Made by a program: the position numbers and the translations under genes
The notes under the pieces: generated by a model
The model's database searches: none
What the model saw: only the letters and a program-made list of their open reading frames with translations
Told to the model about the DNA's origin: nothing
Part shown: piece by piece, positions 10,040-21,033 of the stretch
Numbering within the stretch: the first letter of the stretch is position 1
How the letters are laid out: every line of letters begins with the position of its first letter
From: Epithemia pelagica
Lineage: Eukaryota > Protista > Bacillariophyta
Length of the DNA stretch: 64,000 nucleotides
Direction: 5' to 3'
Assembly: GCA_946965045.2 (NCBI GenBank)
Contig: OX337232.1
Coordinates: forward strand, 1,054,001-1,118,000

Positions 10040-12559
10040 ATGCTATTGGACCGATTCTTGTCTCGCAGTACTCTGGTGCTCATCCTCCAGTTACCCCTGG
10101 TCGTGACCACAGCAGGTAAAACCGAAACTGGAGTTTCTCACGACAATGGCCATCAGTCGAACGCGGCCAAGAATCGAAACCTTCGCTTCTTGTCGTCCAA
10201 CAACAAACAGTTCGATTCGCCTCCCCGTGCGGATCCTGCCGTGCCACACCATAAGCTCATGCAGGAACAAGATCCTGCCCAGGCTCTTGACGAATGTCAG
10301 AATGGAGGTTCCTGTGACGCCGTGATGGACCAGATTACCAACCCTCAAGCCAAAAGCCTCACGATTCCTCCTCTTGACATGACTCATCCATTTTGCATTG
10401 ACTTTGAGACTTTGGATGATACCGAGGGATTCGCTCCCTGTCCGGGACACTACGACAATATCGCGGTCAATGTCTTTGATTCTCCACCCAACCCCGATGA
10501 TCCCATTAATCCACTCCGAAATGACTACTACTTGCATCTTTCCGATCGTTCGGGATCTTCGTTGGCCTGTGGAACCGGATCCGAGTACACAGGAGATTGG
10601 ACTCGTGTCATGAATGACGGATGCTACCAGCTGTGCTTTGACATTAATCTGTTTCATGATGGATGCACCAGTTCTCAGCCCAACTGTGAGCCTAACGCTG
10701 GAGGAGGATACTTTGTGAATGTTCAACCCAAGATTATTCTGCAAGGGGGACCACCGACGTATTTTCGAGCCGTGTTCACAGCAACGGAGTACATGACTGA
10801 TCGAGATGGAGACAGTCCGGGCTGGCGACGTGTATGTGCCCCGCTGGCACCCCTCGATTCGAATGGGAACCTACCAGAAAACGAAGTTGGAAAATGGAGC
10901 ATGGCCGCCCCCAACAATATTCTTTCGGGTCTTCCAGGAGTACCGGGGTTGCCATCGCCCAACACGGCCTGGTCAGATCTCTTGTCCAATGTGGCCGCTA
11001 TTCAGTTACCAGTGGATTTCACTTCCAATCCCGCCGAGCGCGTAGGGTACGATCATATTTGCTTGGAAGAGGGAGAATGCAACGATTCTTGTACCCCCGA
11101 ACCCCTTTGTTATTGGAAACATGAATGGTCATGCCAAACAGTGAAGCAGGAAGAGTGGTATCAAGATTTTCAGTCGATTCTCGAATGGATCAATACCTTT
11201 GATAGCAAGAGCTTTTGCCTTTGCAGTGTCTTGAACGAATGCTGCCCGGACTTGTGTAAACTTGCGGAACAAGAATTTGCTGCCCTCCTTCTCAATATTG
11301 CTTCTGGCCTGGTGAACCCGGACTGTGGAGTCAAAGAATGTGACGATTGCATCCATACCATCAAAGACATGGTCTTAATGGTCGATAACCTGCTGGCGTC
11401 TTCTGCCCGCAGCGATTATCAGTGCTCCAAGGCCCTTCATTACTTGACTGGAATCAATCAAGACGAGCTTTTGTGTGACAGCACGTTGGGAGCATGTCCA
11501 CAAACCGAGAGATGCAAGGCACGCGGTGGCAAATGCGTCAAGAAGGATTATTGTGACCATGCCGTGGCTCAAGGGCAGAATCTACTGTGCCTCCCGGAAA
11601 TATGCGAACGCGACGATTGCACGTGCATGGTGGAAGAGCACACAGCACCTCCCTCCCCGGCGCCGACGCCTAGTCCTACCCAACCCTGTGAACAAACCTC
11701 ACTATGCAAGGAGAACAAGGGAAGATGTGTCAAGAAATCCGATTGTGTGGGAAATTGCGTGGATCGATACTGCTTGGGACATTTGAATTGCACATGCCAG
11801 ATTAACGACACGCCACCCCGTTGCGAGACCAACAAGCAATGTTACCACCTTGGAACTGGAGGAGTTTGTGATCGTGACTGCATCCCTATTCCCGGCGTTG
11901 TTCAATGTGCCAGCAATGTTTGTCCACAAGGTACCGATTGTTCGTGCAAGAATTGTCTCCAAAATGACACACAGTGTACTCGACGTGGTGGAAAGTGCAT
12001 GCTGCTTGACCGCTGTCAGAAAGAAGCTGAAACAGCAAACAATAATCCGGATGGCACTGCTATGAACTTGTCTTGTCGCAGGGATCTTTGTGGTGATCCT
12101 GATACCGAATGTGCCTGTCTCCTACCGGAACCTGCCTGTCCCTTGACACGGGCTTGTCTCGCAGCAGATGGTGCATGTGTGAAGAAATGCCAAGAAACGG
12201 ATTCTGTCTTTTGCGGAGACGAATGCAACATGATTGCCATGCCGAATGACGATCCGTCTGCCTGGTTGCAAGCGCCAACCTACGACCGTCCCGTCGATTG
12301 TCAATGCCTCAAATGCAAACAGAATGATGACCTTTGCGAACGACGCAATGGTGTGTGTACGCCCTTTTGTGTCGCGGGTCCAGGTGAAGTCTGTGATACC
12401 AGTCTTTGCAACGGTGGTGGAGACATTACTGACCTGACTGGTATCGTTGGAAACGAATCAGCCATTCCACTTGCCAGCCCTTGTGCTTGCAAATACCGTC
12501 GCGTGTTGCCTCCCCCGATTGTCGGGAATTATACCGCAGTGGCTCCTGCGGTTCCCTGA
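10040..12559 (+). CDS. Secreted Cys-rich protein: laminin-IV/B-like domain plus six 8-Cys repeats
   Basis: Signal peptide MLLDRF...LVVTTAG; WSDLLSNVAAIQLPVDF..ERVGYDHICLE resembles the laminin B domain end; repeated C-x5/6-C-x4-G-x-C...C-x-C units; single long ORF (open from 9923). Confidence 0.65.
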   Translation: MLLDRFLSRSTLVLILQLPLVVTTAGKTETGVSHDNGHQSNAAKNRNLRFLSSNNKQFDSPPRADPAVPHHKLMQEQDPAQALDECQNGGSCDAVMDQITNPQAKSLTIPPLDMTHPFCIDFETLDDTEGFAPCPGHYDNIAVNVFDSPPNPDDPINPLRNDYYLHLSDRSGSSLACGTGSEYTGDWTRVMNDGCYQLCFDINLFHDGCTSSQPNCEPNAGGGYFVNVQPKIILQGGPPTYFRAVFTATEYMTDRDGDSPGWRRVCAPLAPLDSNGNLPENEVGKWSMAAPNNILSGLPGVPGLPSPNTAWSDLLSNVAAIQLPVDFTSNPAERVGYDHICLEEGECNDSCTPEPLCYWKHEWSCQTVKQEEWYQDFQSILEWINTFDSKSFCLCSVLNECCPDLCKLAEQEFAALLLNIASGLVNPDCGVKECDDCIHTIKDMVLMVDNLLASSARSDYQCSKALHYLTGINQDELLCDSTLGACPQTERCKARGGKCVKKDYCDHAVAQGQNLLCLPEICERDDCTCMVEEHTAPPSPAPTPSPTQPCEQTSLCKENKGRCVKKSDCVGNCVDRYCLGHLNCTCQINDTPPRCETNKQCYHLGTGGVCDRDCIPIPGVVQCASNVCPQGTDCSCKNCLQNDTQCTRRGGKCMLLDRCQKEAETANNNPDGTAMNLSCRRDLCGDPDTECACLLPEPACPLTRACLAADGACVKKCQETDSVFCGDECNMIAMPNDDPSAWLQAPTYDRPVDCQCLKCKQNDDLCERRNGVCTPFCVAGPGEVCDTSLCNGGGDITDLTGIVGNESAIPLASPCACKYRRVLPPPIVGNYTAVAPAVP

Positions 12560-12895
12560 GTTTTGCCATTGATACGTATCCCTCCACCAACCCTTTCGTC
12601 TCCTTCTTCTTGAAAATGATTATGAGTGCTTGTTTCTTCCACGAGACTATGTGAAACAAGCTGTGGCTCACTGCATGTGCGCAATTACACCAGATGATAA
12701 CACAAAGATATAAACCAGAATGCATATGAACTTTGCAGTCCATCCAGGGATACTCCAGCGACAGTTTTGTGCCCTGTTTCTGTCTTTATCAGGATCAGAG
12801 CTGACAAATTGCCTTGGCGAGGAGGATCGGACCCTTTCTTGAAAGCTTGCAATTTGTTCAATCCTTTTTTGCTGTGGAAGTAAAATTTTAGCGTG

Positions 12896-14704
12896 TCACA
12901 AGTTGGTCACAATCGTTCCATGTGGATTGATCCGCTGTGCCAAAACACAAGAGGATTCCATGTGAGCGATTTGAGGATGGTATAACGACACGTTGCCGCC
13001 GACGCTCCAATTTCCCTTGTGTTCTTGTCGCTGTTGCCGTCGTTGAATCTGATGACCCTCCTGAATGGCCCGTTTCAACAAGGCCAAAAGATGCGGAATG
13101 GAAGGTTCTAGGACCGACAAGGCTCGCTGTGTTTTGCGTTGGTCGGGGTCATGACAACTCTTGCGGTAATCATAAAACAAATCCATGGCCCGTTCGGCGG
13201 CACGTCGCTGTTGCTGTTGCTGCTGTGTACCATTCGTGTGGTTGGTTTCGTATAAAATGGGAAAGTATCCATAATGACGGACCTGCGCCGATTGGGCCAA
13301 TTTCCAAAATCCCCACCAATAATAATGGGGTGGAAAGAGTTCAATCACAGCTCCACTACTTGTACCACCAACACCAGCAGTGCTTGGAATGGACGGCAAA
13401 AACAGGAGATTGGCGGCGGCCGCACCATGACTTAGAATCACAATGCTTTGTTGAGACCACCAGGTAAATTGTTGCATGGGTTTCCATCCTTCCATGGAGA
13501 CACGATCCACCACGGCGTGTGGATAGGCCTTTTGTATCGCGTGTTGCAAGGCGGCAATGTTGCCAATGCGACGAGTGGACAAGCGATCCACCAATCCAAT
13601 CCGAAGCAATGACGGCTTGTCCATATTATGGTTGGCAACCATTGTATTGGTGTCGTTGCTGGTTGGTGTGTCGTTGTTCGGGTTGTGGAGTAACCCTGTA
13701 TCAGTTTGGTGCTGGTTCTTGTGGAGATACTGAACCAGCCGATTCCGCAATTCCTCTGCATGTTGCGGTTGCCAAAAGAATCGAAATTGTCGAACTTGTT
13801 TTCGATACGGTCGATACAGGTAATGAATGTTGGTCGTATCATTGCGTGGGACAAACTTTATGGTTTCACCACCATGACGATTCTTGGGGGAGGAAACTGG
13901 CGAGAATGAGTTTGCATCCAAAACTCCCTGTGTCCAATAGGACAGATTATAGGGACGGTACGAATAGGTACATTGCATCACTTTCACCAGCAAGGCTGCT
14001 TTCCAATCGTCCTCGACCGATCCCAACCCCGAAAGTTTGTCCATGTTGACATGACACTGATGAGAATACGAAACAGACGAATACTGGGATTCATTGTCGT
14101 TATCCTCACGAGACATGTCCTTGATGCGTTCCTTTTGGGATTGAAAGAAACTCCAACATTGGCTCAATGCTTGAAGGGCATGAGGGAAATGAAAAAAGCT
14201 AATGGTATTGACCGAATCCAAAAAACACCATGACGTCACAACAATGGTTTGGTTCGGGTTCTTTGTGGTGGTGCTTGGATGGGTGGTTGTAACGGCGTTG
14301 AAAGACGACCCTGTCTGGTTGTTGTGGTTGTCATATAGCGGAGCGCTCTGTAGAGTCTCAGTCCCTGTCACGTCCATTGGCCTGTCCCTGTGTTCCGGAC
14401 TGGTGGTATTTGGGGACACTAATGTTTCGATTGTCGCTGGGGTTTCTTCTTCTTTCCTTGTCGATGCGGTTGCCACAGAGTCCCTGATCGTGTGGTCCTC
14501 CTTGCCCTGGCGTTCTAAAAGGAGGACAAAATGGGAGGGATCTACCCTGTCATCCTTGGAGTGCACGGAAGTTAACAGTCGCAAGGTCCAAAACCCATTC
14601 ACTGCCAGAACCAGAACAACGACACCCATTCTCCCCAGAAAGGCGGATCGGTGACAGTAGTGCGGATGGGTCACTACTGTTGGTGATGCGACACTCGATA
14701 CCAT
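12896..14704 (-). CDS. Glycosyltransferase family 61 (DUF563) type II membrane protein
   Basis: N-terminal TM; LRIGLVDRLSTRRIGN; QQFTWWSQQSIVILSHGAAAANLLFLP; AVIELFPPHYY. Confidence 0.8.
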   Translation of the reverse strand: MVSSVASPTVVTHPHYCHRSAFLGRMGVVVLVLAVNGFWTLRLLTSVHSKDDRVDPSHFVLLLERQGKEDHTIRDSVATASTRKEEETPATIETLVSPNTTSPEHRDRPMDVTGTETLQSAPLYDNHNNQTGSSFNAVTTTHPSTTTKNPNQTIVVTSWCFLDSVNTISFFHFPHALQALSQCWSFFQSQKERIKDMSREDNDNESQYSSVSYSHQCHVNMDKLSGLGSVEDDWKAALLVKVMQCTYSYRPYNLSYWTQGVLDANSFSPVSSPKNRHGGETIKFVPRNDTTNIHYLYRPYRKQVRQFRFFWQPQHAEELRNRLVQYLHKNQHQTDTGLLHNPNNDTPTSNDTNTMVANHNMDKPSLLRIGLVDRLSTRRIGNIAALQHAIQKAYPHAVVDRVSMEGWKPMQQFTWWSQQSIVILSHGAAAANLLFLPSIPSTAGVGGTSSGAVIELFPPHYYWWGFWKLAQSAQVRHYGYFPILYETNHTNGTQQQQQQRRAAERAMDLFYDYRKSCHDPDQRKTQRALSVLEPSIPHLLALLKRAIQEGHQIQRRQQRQEHKGNWSVGGNVSLYHPQIAHMESSCVLAQRINPHGTIVTNL

Positions 14705-15310
14705 CCTTCTTCTGTGGCCATGGTCGTTCTGTGTTGACTGGGTTTGAAAAAATGGGTAAAGAGTAAAGACCACAAACTATTGTTCCCAATAAGATGTCTT
14801 CGGCAACATGGTCATGGCAACCATAGATATAACTCCCGCTACCAAAAATCCCAGGATTGCATGCTCTCTCCGTTTTCGGCAGTCGGCACCACCGGCGCGC
14901 GAGCGGTGGCCGGGCGGACGTGCTGTCACTGTGAGACCTAGACTCAGTCACGGATTACACGTCATACACGACCGCAGGCATTCTCAGATTTTCAAGTGAA
15001 CACGACAAACGACTTCTTCGTGCCTCTTTGCGAGACACTCGTTCGGTTGCGGCCGTGCAGCGCTTTCACAGGAGTCACAACCTACTGCCCTTACTACGTT
15101 TCCGCTACTAGGGAACAGGATATGGTCACTGGTATTGTTCCGATCGTCTTGGAGGATCTCATTAGTGACTTGAAACCAGTGAACATGACTTGGTTTCAAA
15201 ATGTATCATGCGCCTCGGGATTTCGAGATCATGATGTGGACTCCCTGCGGGATTGCGTTCATGGGGCCAAGCCATTTGAGACTGATCAAGAGAAGGAACA
15301 GGTACGCATT

Positions 15311-15577
15311 GGCATGACCCGATATGGGAATGCTCAAGTCAATTTGGCTCTTTTCCAGTCTAGGGGAACCGCATGTAGAAGCAACTTTGTAGAGCGGAAA
15401 AACATGGACTTGAGCCAGTGCGTCTCCTGAACTGTATGAATCTTTTTTCCGTACTTTGCCTCTACGAGTTATCGATTTCTTTTTTCCCTCAATCGCTGAA
15501 GTGAAAAAAACACCGTAGGTGGCGACAAACAAATGACAATGCCACCGATTCAACACATATCCACTGTGGAGCAACAG
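15311..15577 (-). pseudogene. Relic copy of the NCKX 3' end and 3' flank
   Basis: Direct, diverged match to 17452-17794 (e.g. aagtcaatttggctc, cgtctcctgaactgtatgaatc, gacaaacaaatgac). Translates LLLHSGYVLNRWHCHLFVATY versus LLLQSGFVLYRWHGHLFVVTY, with an internal deletion. Confidence 0.8.
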
Positions 15578-16139
15578 AGATGAGCTCCTCCTGTGAAACG
15601 ACAAGGACTCCAAACAACTCGTCCTCATTGTTGATGCAGATCTCCTAGATGAACTCTTTTATATCAATTATATTTTTTGCTTTCTGTCGTTGACATTAGG
15701 AATGTCCTACCAAATTGAAGGTCTGCCACCACAACCTACCATACGCTTTGAAACGTTTGTCTCATTGTGAAGGAGTTTTCCGTTCCACCCGATGAGTTGT
15801 TCGTAGAATGTCCGAATGAGGCGGCCGTTCCGTTGAGGGAGGTTCCCATGGTCATTCGGAGGAGTTCCGGTTTGCAGTCTGTGGATACTGCTAGGGACGA
15901 ATGTAAACTGTAGTGCAGATTTTGTTACTTCTCAAATTATGGCTAGTTTCTAAGTTGGGTGTAGTGTGAGATCGATATTTTTGAGTGTGTGTGCTGAAGG
16001 GACATGGTGGAGGCGCATGACCGCTGATAGTTTGTATGTTCCTTGCGAAATCGTGGAAGTCTTAATTTGCCTGTTCACGTCCGTTTGCCTCCTGTAAACC
16101 GCTGTCTGAACCACACAAGAAGAAGAAGCTGATTGGAGG

Positions 16140-17323
16140 CTACATTATTTCACATATTTGATCGGCCAGAAGCTCGGGTCCATTGACCATGGAAATGATC
16201 CAGTTGGTATTGTGAGTGTGACAGTCATCCTTGCGAACATGAACATATGCCGAATTTTCGTCTCGCTGATCGCCGTCATAGTGATTGTGAAGTGCGAGGA
16301 GCTCACCAGTGTCAGACAACTGTATCTTGAAGGTTCCATCATCGCTGGAAACAATCTTCCATGTTTTTCCATCCGTATGAGGGTCTTGAGTAGGTCGTGC
16401 ATGCACATACCAGGAGGCTTGATCTCTCTCATCTCCTAGATGAGAAATTTTGTGGACAGTGAGCACGCCATTTTCAAATGGATCTTGAGCATTGCGGGAA
16501 TTCTGGAACAACTGTATCCGATAGCTGCCATTCCCCATTGGAACAAATTTCCAACATACACCCGGGTACTGAACACGATCCAGCGGATGACGTAAATGGA
16601 CAAATCGAGATGATTCATCTCGTATGTCTCGATCATGGTATGGGGCTTGCATGGCCAAAATTCCATTGTCGTAGCCAAACGAATGCTCGCCCTTAACTTC
16701 GGCCAGTTTGATCTGATAGATGCCATTCTCGAGTGGTTTAAACGTCCTGTTTGTCTCGCGTCTATTGACCATGGAAATTATCCAGTTGGTATTGTGAGTG
16801 TGACAGTCATCCTTGCGAACATGAACATATGCCGAATTTTCGTCTCGCTGATCGCCGTCATAGTGATTGTGAAGTGCGAGGAGCTCACCAGTGTCAGACA
16901 ACTGTATCTTGAAGGTTCCATCATCGCTGGAAACAATCTTCCATGTTTTTCCATCCGTATGAGGGTCTTGAGTAGGTCGTGCATGCACATACCAGGAGGC
17001 TTGATCTCTCTCATCTCCTAGATGAGAAATTTTGTGGACAGTGAGCACGCCATTTTCAAATGGATCTTGAGAATAGCGGGAATTCTGGTACAACTGTATC
17101 CGATAGCTGCCATTCCCCATTGGAACAAATTTCCAACATACACCCGGGTACTGAACACGATCCAGCGGATGACGTCAATGGACAAATCGAGATGATTCAT
17201 CTCGTATGTCTCGATCATGGTATGGGGCTTGCATGCTGGCCAAAACTCCATTGTCGTAGCCATACGAATGCTCGCCGGCCAGTTTGATCTGATATATGCC
17301 ATTCTTCAGGGTGTTTCAACCAT
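16140..17323 (-). pseudogene. Double beta-trefoil-like repeat protein, disrupted (nonsense codon plus probable 1-nt deletion)
   Basis: Two 194-aa units, each of three sub-repeats G-x-(Y/F)-x-I-x-L...L...D-x-RD-x2-S-x2-VH...W. TGA at 17175-17177 corresponds to TTA in the other unit; ATG at 17323 is out of frame by one base in a C-run. Confidence 0.6.
16182..17300. repeat. Tandem direct repeat, period 582 bp (two near-identical units)
   Basis: attgaccatggaaat.atccagttggtattgtgagtgtg starts at 16182 and 16764; the units are almost identical over about 480 bp. Confidence 0.95.
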
Positions 17324-17686
17324 AAAATTTCAGCCGGGTCTTATAAAATTGTGGTTTCATCTGAATGTGTTGAAAAGAGACTGCACAAAGCCACCCAAAC
17401 ATCTTTCTGTGTGTTTTGCAGCCGTAACATCTAGTCGTTGCGTTTGTCAGTGGCATGATCGGATATGGGACAGCTGAAGTCAATTTGGCTCCTTTCCAGT
17501 CAAGGGGAACCTCATGTAGAAGCCACTTTGTAAAGCGGAGAAATATGGACTACCAAGAACGAGAGCGTCTCCTGAACTGTATGAATCTTTTTCTATACTT
17601 GCCTCTATGAGTTATCAAATTTCTTGTTCCATCAATCGCTGAAGAAAAAACCAAAACACTGTGCTTGTTGTTGTTGTTTCGGGCGA

Positions 17687-19111
17687 TTACCAAAAATACA
17701 CTTCCCCAATGACATAGACCAAATAGCCAATGTAGGTGACGACAAACAAATGACCATGCCACCGATACAGCACAAATCCACTCTGGAGCAACAGCACTAC
17801 GAGAAGTAGCAGGACCAGTCCCAAAATTAGCACTCCCTTGGTAATGCCTTCATTGCGCAAGTCGTGGTATGGTTCAAATCCAGTCCCCCAACTGGTATAC
17901 AAAAGCCAGGGCAATCCCAATCCAATCATAATGTTAAAGGTATTGCTTCCCAAAGCATTAGAAACCGCCATGTCACCCAAGCCGTTCCGGGCGGCCACCA
18001 CCGAGGCCACATAATTGGGAAGAGACGTCCCGGCCGCCGAAATGGTGTAGCCAATCACAGCATCGGGAATATTCAACAGAGCTGCCAAGGCTTCCAAGGA
18101 CGCGACCATGGCATAGGATCCCATGACCAACCATATCAAGCACATTGCACTGGATAAACTTGCCAGGGCCAACGACGACGAGGACGACGACTCGTGGGTA
18201 GTATTGTTGTTGTCACCATTGTTGGATGTTCGTACATCGGGAATGGTAAAGTGAATCAAGACACGGAATGGAAAAATCAAATAAAACAACACGATCATGA
18301 TTGTGTTGGATTCATCCTTGGAGGGGAGTTCGATCAAGGACTCGGCCGCCGCCATGGGCGGATGTTGTTCTGGTTCGTTTATGGTAGGAGTTTTCGTTCC
18401 CACGGCCTGTTCTTCATCTGCTCCGTTCGGCGCAGTTGACTTCATGATATAAAAGTCTCCATTGTGCGCGTCGTCCAATGTGCACGTTGGATCCTCCAGG
18501 TGGTTCGTGTTACTGCTGATCGTTGTGTTGTTGTTTGGGGGATGGAATGTTTGTTGACAGAGGTAGACAATGGAATCCATATGAACAAAGACAATGACAT
18601 AGAGGATATATCCACCAAAGACCAAGAGAGCATCGGGAAAACTGATAAAGACATGTTCGATTCCACTGGGATCGTCGTCGACGGGTGCGGTATCCCGCAG
18701 GGCCCAATAGAGGGAACCAATGCCCAAGGCATAAAAAGACACGTCTCGAATCACCACGGCCCGGTTCAAGGTCAAGTGTCCCGTTTCCGACGCATACACG
18801 GCTCCGGCACAAATGATTAATTGATTAAACACTTCCGATCCAAAAATGGTCCCCAATCCCAAACTGGAATGGGTGATAAAGAGAGCGACAAAGCTGCTAA
18901 ACAATTCGGGAGAAGAGGCACCGGCTGCCATGAGTGTGGCACCGGCAATGTCATGAGGAATGCGGAGTTTGTGGGCAATCACGGTCAAGGCGGGAACAAA
19001 GCGTTCTTCGGTCACGGTGGCTTGACACCAAAAGGATACCGACGCCACAAAAATCAAGAGCAACCACATCCACCAGGGAGCCGTCGGTACTTCATCTTGA
19101 TCATTCTCCAT
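17687..19111 (-). CDS. NCKX: K+-dependent Na+/Ca2+ exchanger (NCKX/SLC24 family)
   Basis: alpha-1 repeat GATLMAAGASSPELF; alpha-2 repeat AAGTSLPNY...GDMAVSNALGSNTFNI; multiple TM helices. Confidence 0.9.
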   Translation of the reverse strand: MENDQDEVPTAPWWMWLLLIFVASVSFWCQATVTEERFVPALTVIAHKLRIPHDIAGATLMAAGASSPELFSSFVALFITHSSLGLGTIFGSEVFNQLIICAGAVYASETGHLTLNRAVVIRDVSFYALGIGSLYWALRDTAPVDDDPSGIEHVFISFPDALLVFGGYILYVIVFVHMDSIVYLCQQTFHPPNNNTTISSNTNHLEDPTCTLDDAHNGDFYIMKSTAPNGADEEQAVGTKTPTINEPEQHPPMAAAESLIELPSKDESNTIMIVLFYLIFPFRVLIHFTIPDVRTSNNGDNNNTTHESSSSSSLALASLSSAMCLIWLVMGSYAMVASLEALAALLNIPDAVIGYTISAAGTSLPNYVASVVAARNGLGDMAVSNALGSNTFNIMIGLGLPWLLYTSWGTGFEPYHDLRNEGITKGVLILGLVLLLLVVLLLQSGFVLYRWHGHLFVVTYIGYLVYVIGEVYFW

Positions 19112-19723
19112 TCATGCAAATTCAATTCAAGGATGGTAGGTAGGGGCTTCTAATCTGGATAATCCTCCTGGTTGTTGTTGACAACGAACGTACGTTTTCC
19201 CTTTAAGCACAGTTGCAACCACTCGAAAAGAACTCCAAAACACAAAAGGAATGGCCACCCGACGAAAGCTAAACCATACCATGGGCGATTTTCATGCCGC
19301 CAACACTCCACCCGACGAAATCTCATCTCGCTCGCTCTTTTTCGTTCGCCGGCGTGACGCAACGCAGCTAGTGCCGATAGAAATACATATGCTTTTTTCC
19401 CCCAATGAAGCGTTGACTGCTCTAAGTAAACTTTGAGAGAATTGGCTCGCGCGGATCTCTCGCTCGCCGCGGATTGATTTTGGGGGAGCGATCATCCCTT
19501 CCAACACGTCAGTCGGCACCATCAGCCATCCAATAGCTACAAGTACCATAGTAATTTTCTCTCGACAACGGGTCGGTGATGGGTGACTCATTCTCGCTGG
19601 TGTCATGACAATGGAAGCCTTTACGAAACTTCTACGTCGACCGATGAATGTAGAACTCTTTGTCTTGCTGTGAAGGGTATATTGCAAACAATAAGGCTGA
19701 CAGAACGACAAGGATACGGTATC

Positions 19724-20788
19724 ATGACAATGGTTCGATGCGGAAAACATGCTCTTTGGCTCCTGCTTGTTGGTTGTTTCATGACATTACGAGAACGTTC
19801 GATTGGAGCTGCCATGGCGTTCTCATTCCACCATAATGAGCGTCCTTGTCGAACGATCCTCCATCGTGGCGACACTACACGGTTCTTCAATGACTTTGTA
19901 CAGCAGCAGGTTCCCAAACGATTCGCGTCGTCTTCTTTGAAACTGTTTGGTTCCTCCCATCACGATGACCCAAGCTTGGCGGACCACCAAAGAGACAACA
20001 AGTCTTCCTCCCCTGATACTCAACGACGTGACTTTTTATTCACACACAGTCTCGGACTCTTGTCTGGAATGGCAACCGCTCCAACCAAGGCGGAGGCTGC
20101 CGACAATGCCTTGTTTCGTAAAAATCCCTTGACCAATCCGCTCTTGGAACAAGTACGGATTTGGGATCAAGCCCAAGCCGATGAGTACAAGTATGGCGGG
20201 GAATTGGAACAGGGAAATGCCGAACAACAAGGCATGACCAACAATAACAACAACAAGGGTACCTACTATGCTCGCTTGTTGGTACCCATTTTGGGAATGG
20301 CTACCGAATTGCAACAAGTCCATCAACTCGTCCAACAAACCACAACCATGGACACGACACAACAGCAACGAGAATCTCTGTTGCGACAGGTCCAACAGGT
20401 CTTGTCGCAATCCAAATACGATGCGACGGAATTCAAAAAGGTGTTCAATGCCTTTGGAGACAATATCTATTACACCGATCCCGATCGAGCCAATTTGTAT
20501 TTGGGAGGAGGTGCGACACCCAAATCCTCGCAGTCCATGGCCTATTTGATTCGCAATGACATTTTGACCAATGTGCAAGATATGCGTGCCGAAGTGGCCT
20601 ATCTCCTTTCGTCGTCGTCGTCGAGCAGCACTGCTACGACGACTTCGAGTACGGATGATTTGGTGCAAATGGCCGCCACGGCCAACCGTGCCATGACGCA
20701 ATATCTCAACCAAGTCGTACCTCCGAGTGAATTGGAACTGGCTCGCACGCTCATGGCATCCACAGAACAACCACAACAATATAGATAA
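19724..20788 (+). CDS. Probable thylakoid-lumen protein of unknown function
   Basis: Tripartite targeting: signal peptide, AAMAF plastid motif, twin-arginine RRDFL plus hydrophobic stretch and AEA cleavage site; helical mature domain. Confidence 0.7.
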   Translation: MTMVRCGKHALWLLLVGCFMTLRERSIGAAMAFSFHHNERPCRTILHRGDTTRFFNDFVQQQVPKRFASSSLKLFGSSHHDDPSLADHQRDNKSSSPDTQRRDFLFTHSLGLLSGMATAPTKAEAADNALFRKNPLTNPLLEQVRIWDQAQADEYKYGGELEQGNAEQQGMTNNNNNKGTYYARLLVPILGMATELQQVHQLVQQTTTMDTTQQQRESLLRQVQQVLSQSKYDATEFKKVFNAFGDNIYYTDPDRANLYLGGGATPKSSQSMAYLIRNDILTNVQDMRAEVAYLLSSSSSSSTATTTSSTDDLVQMAATANRAMTQYLNQVVPPSELELARTLMASTEQPQQYR

Positions 20789-21033
20789 TACTTGCCCGTA
20801 GATGGCACAGTCTGGAAATGATGACAATGAATGATAACACAGTTGTTTACTTTGATTTATTCTTCCCCCCCTGAATCGTCGTTACAAAGTGGGTAGATAT
20901 TCTGTATATCCTCTCCCACATGGAACTACCCTCTTACGTAAATGGTTGGTATTCCTCCTCCTCTCGGTCGACTTGACTTTTTGTACTGATGATACCGACA
21001 GTTGTCGTCATCCAACCAAGTATGACTCGGGGC

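Noticed and set aside
14996-15430. 144-aa ORF
   Set aside because: No motif, non-ATG start, and its 3' third is the antisense of the NCKX relic
17175-17177. In-frame TGA as a possible selenocysteine or readthrough codon
   Set aside because: It aligns to Leu (TTA), not Cys, in the sister repeat, and the gene has a second lesion
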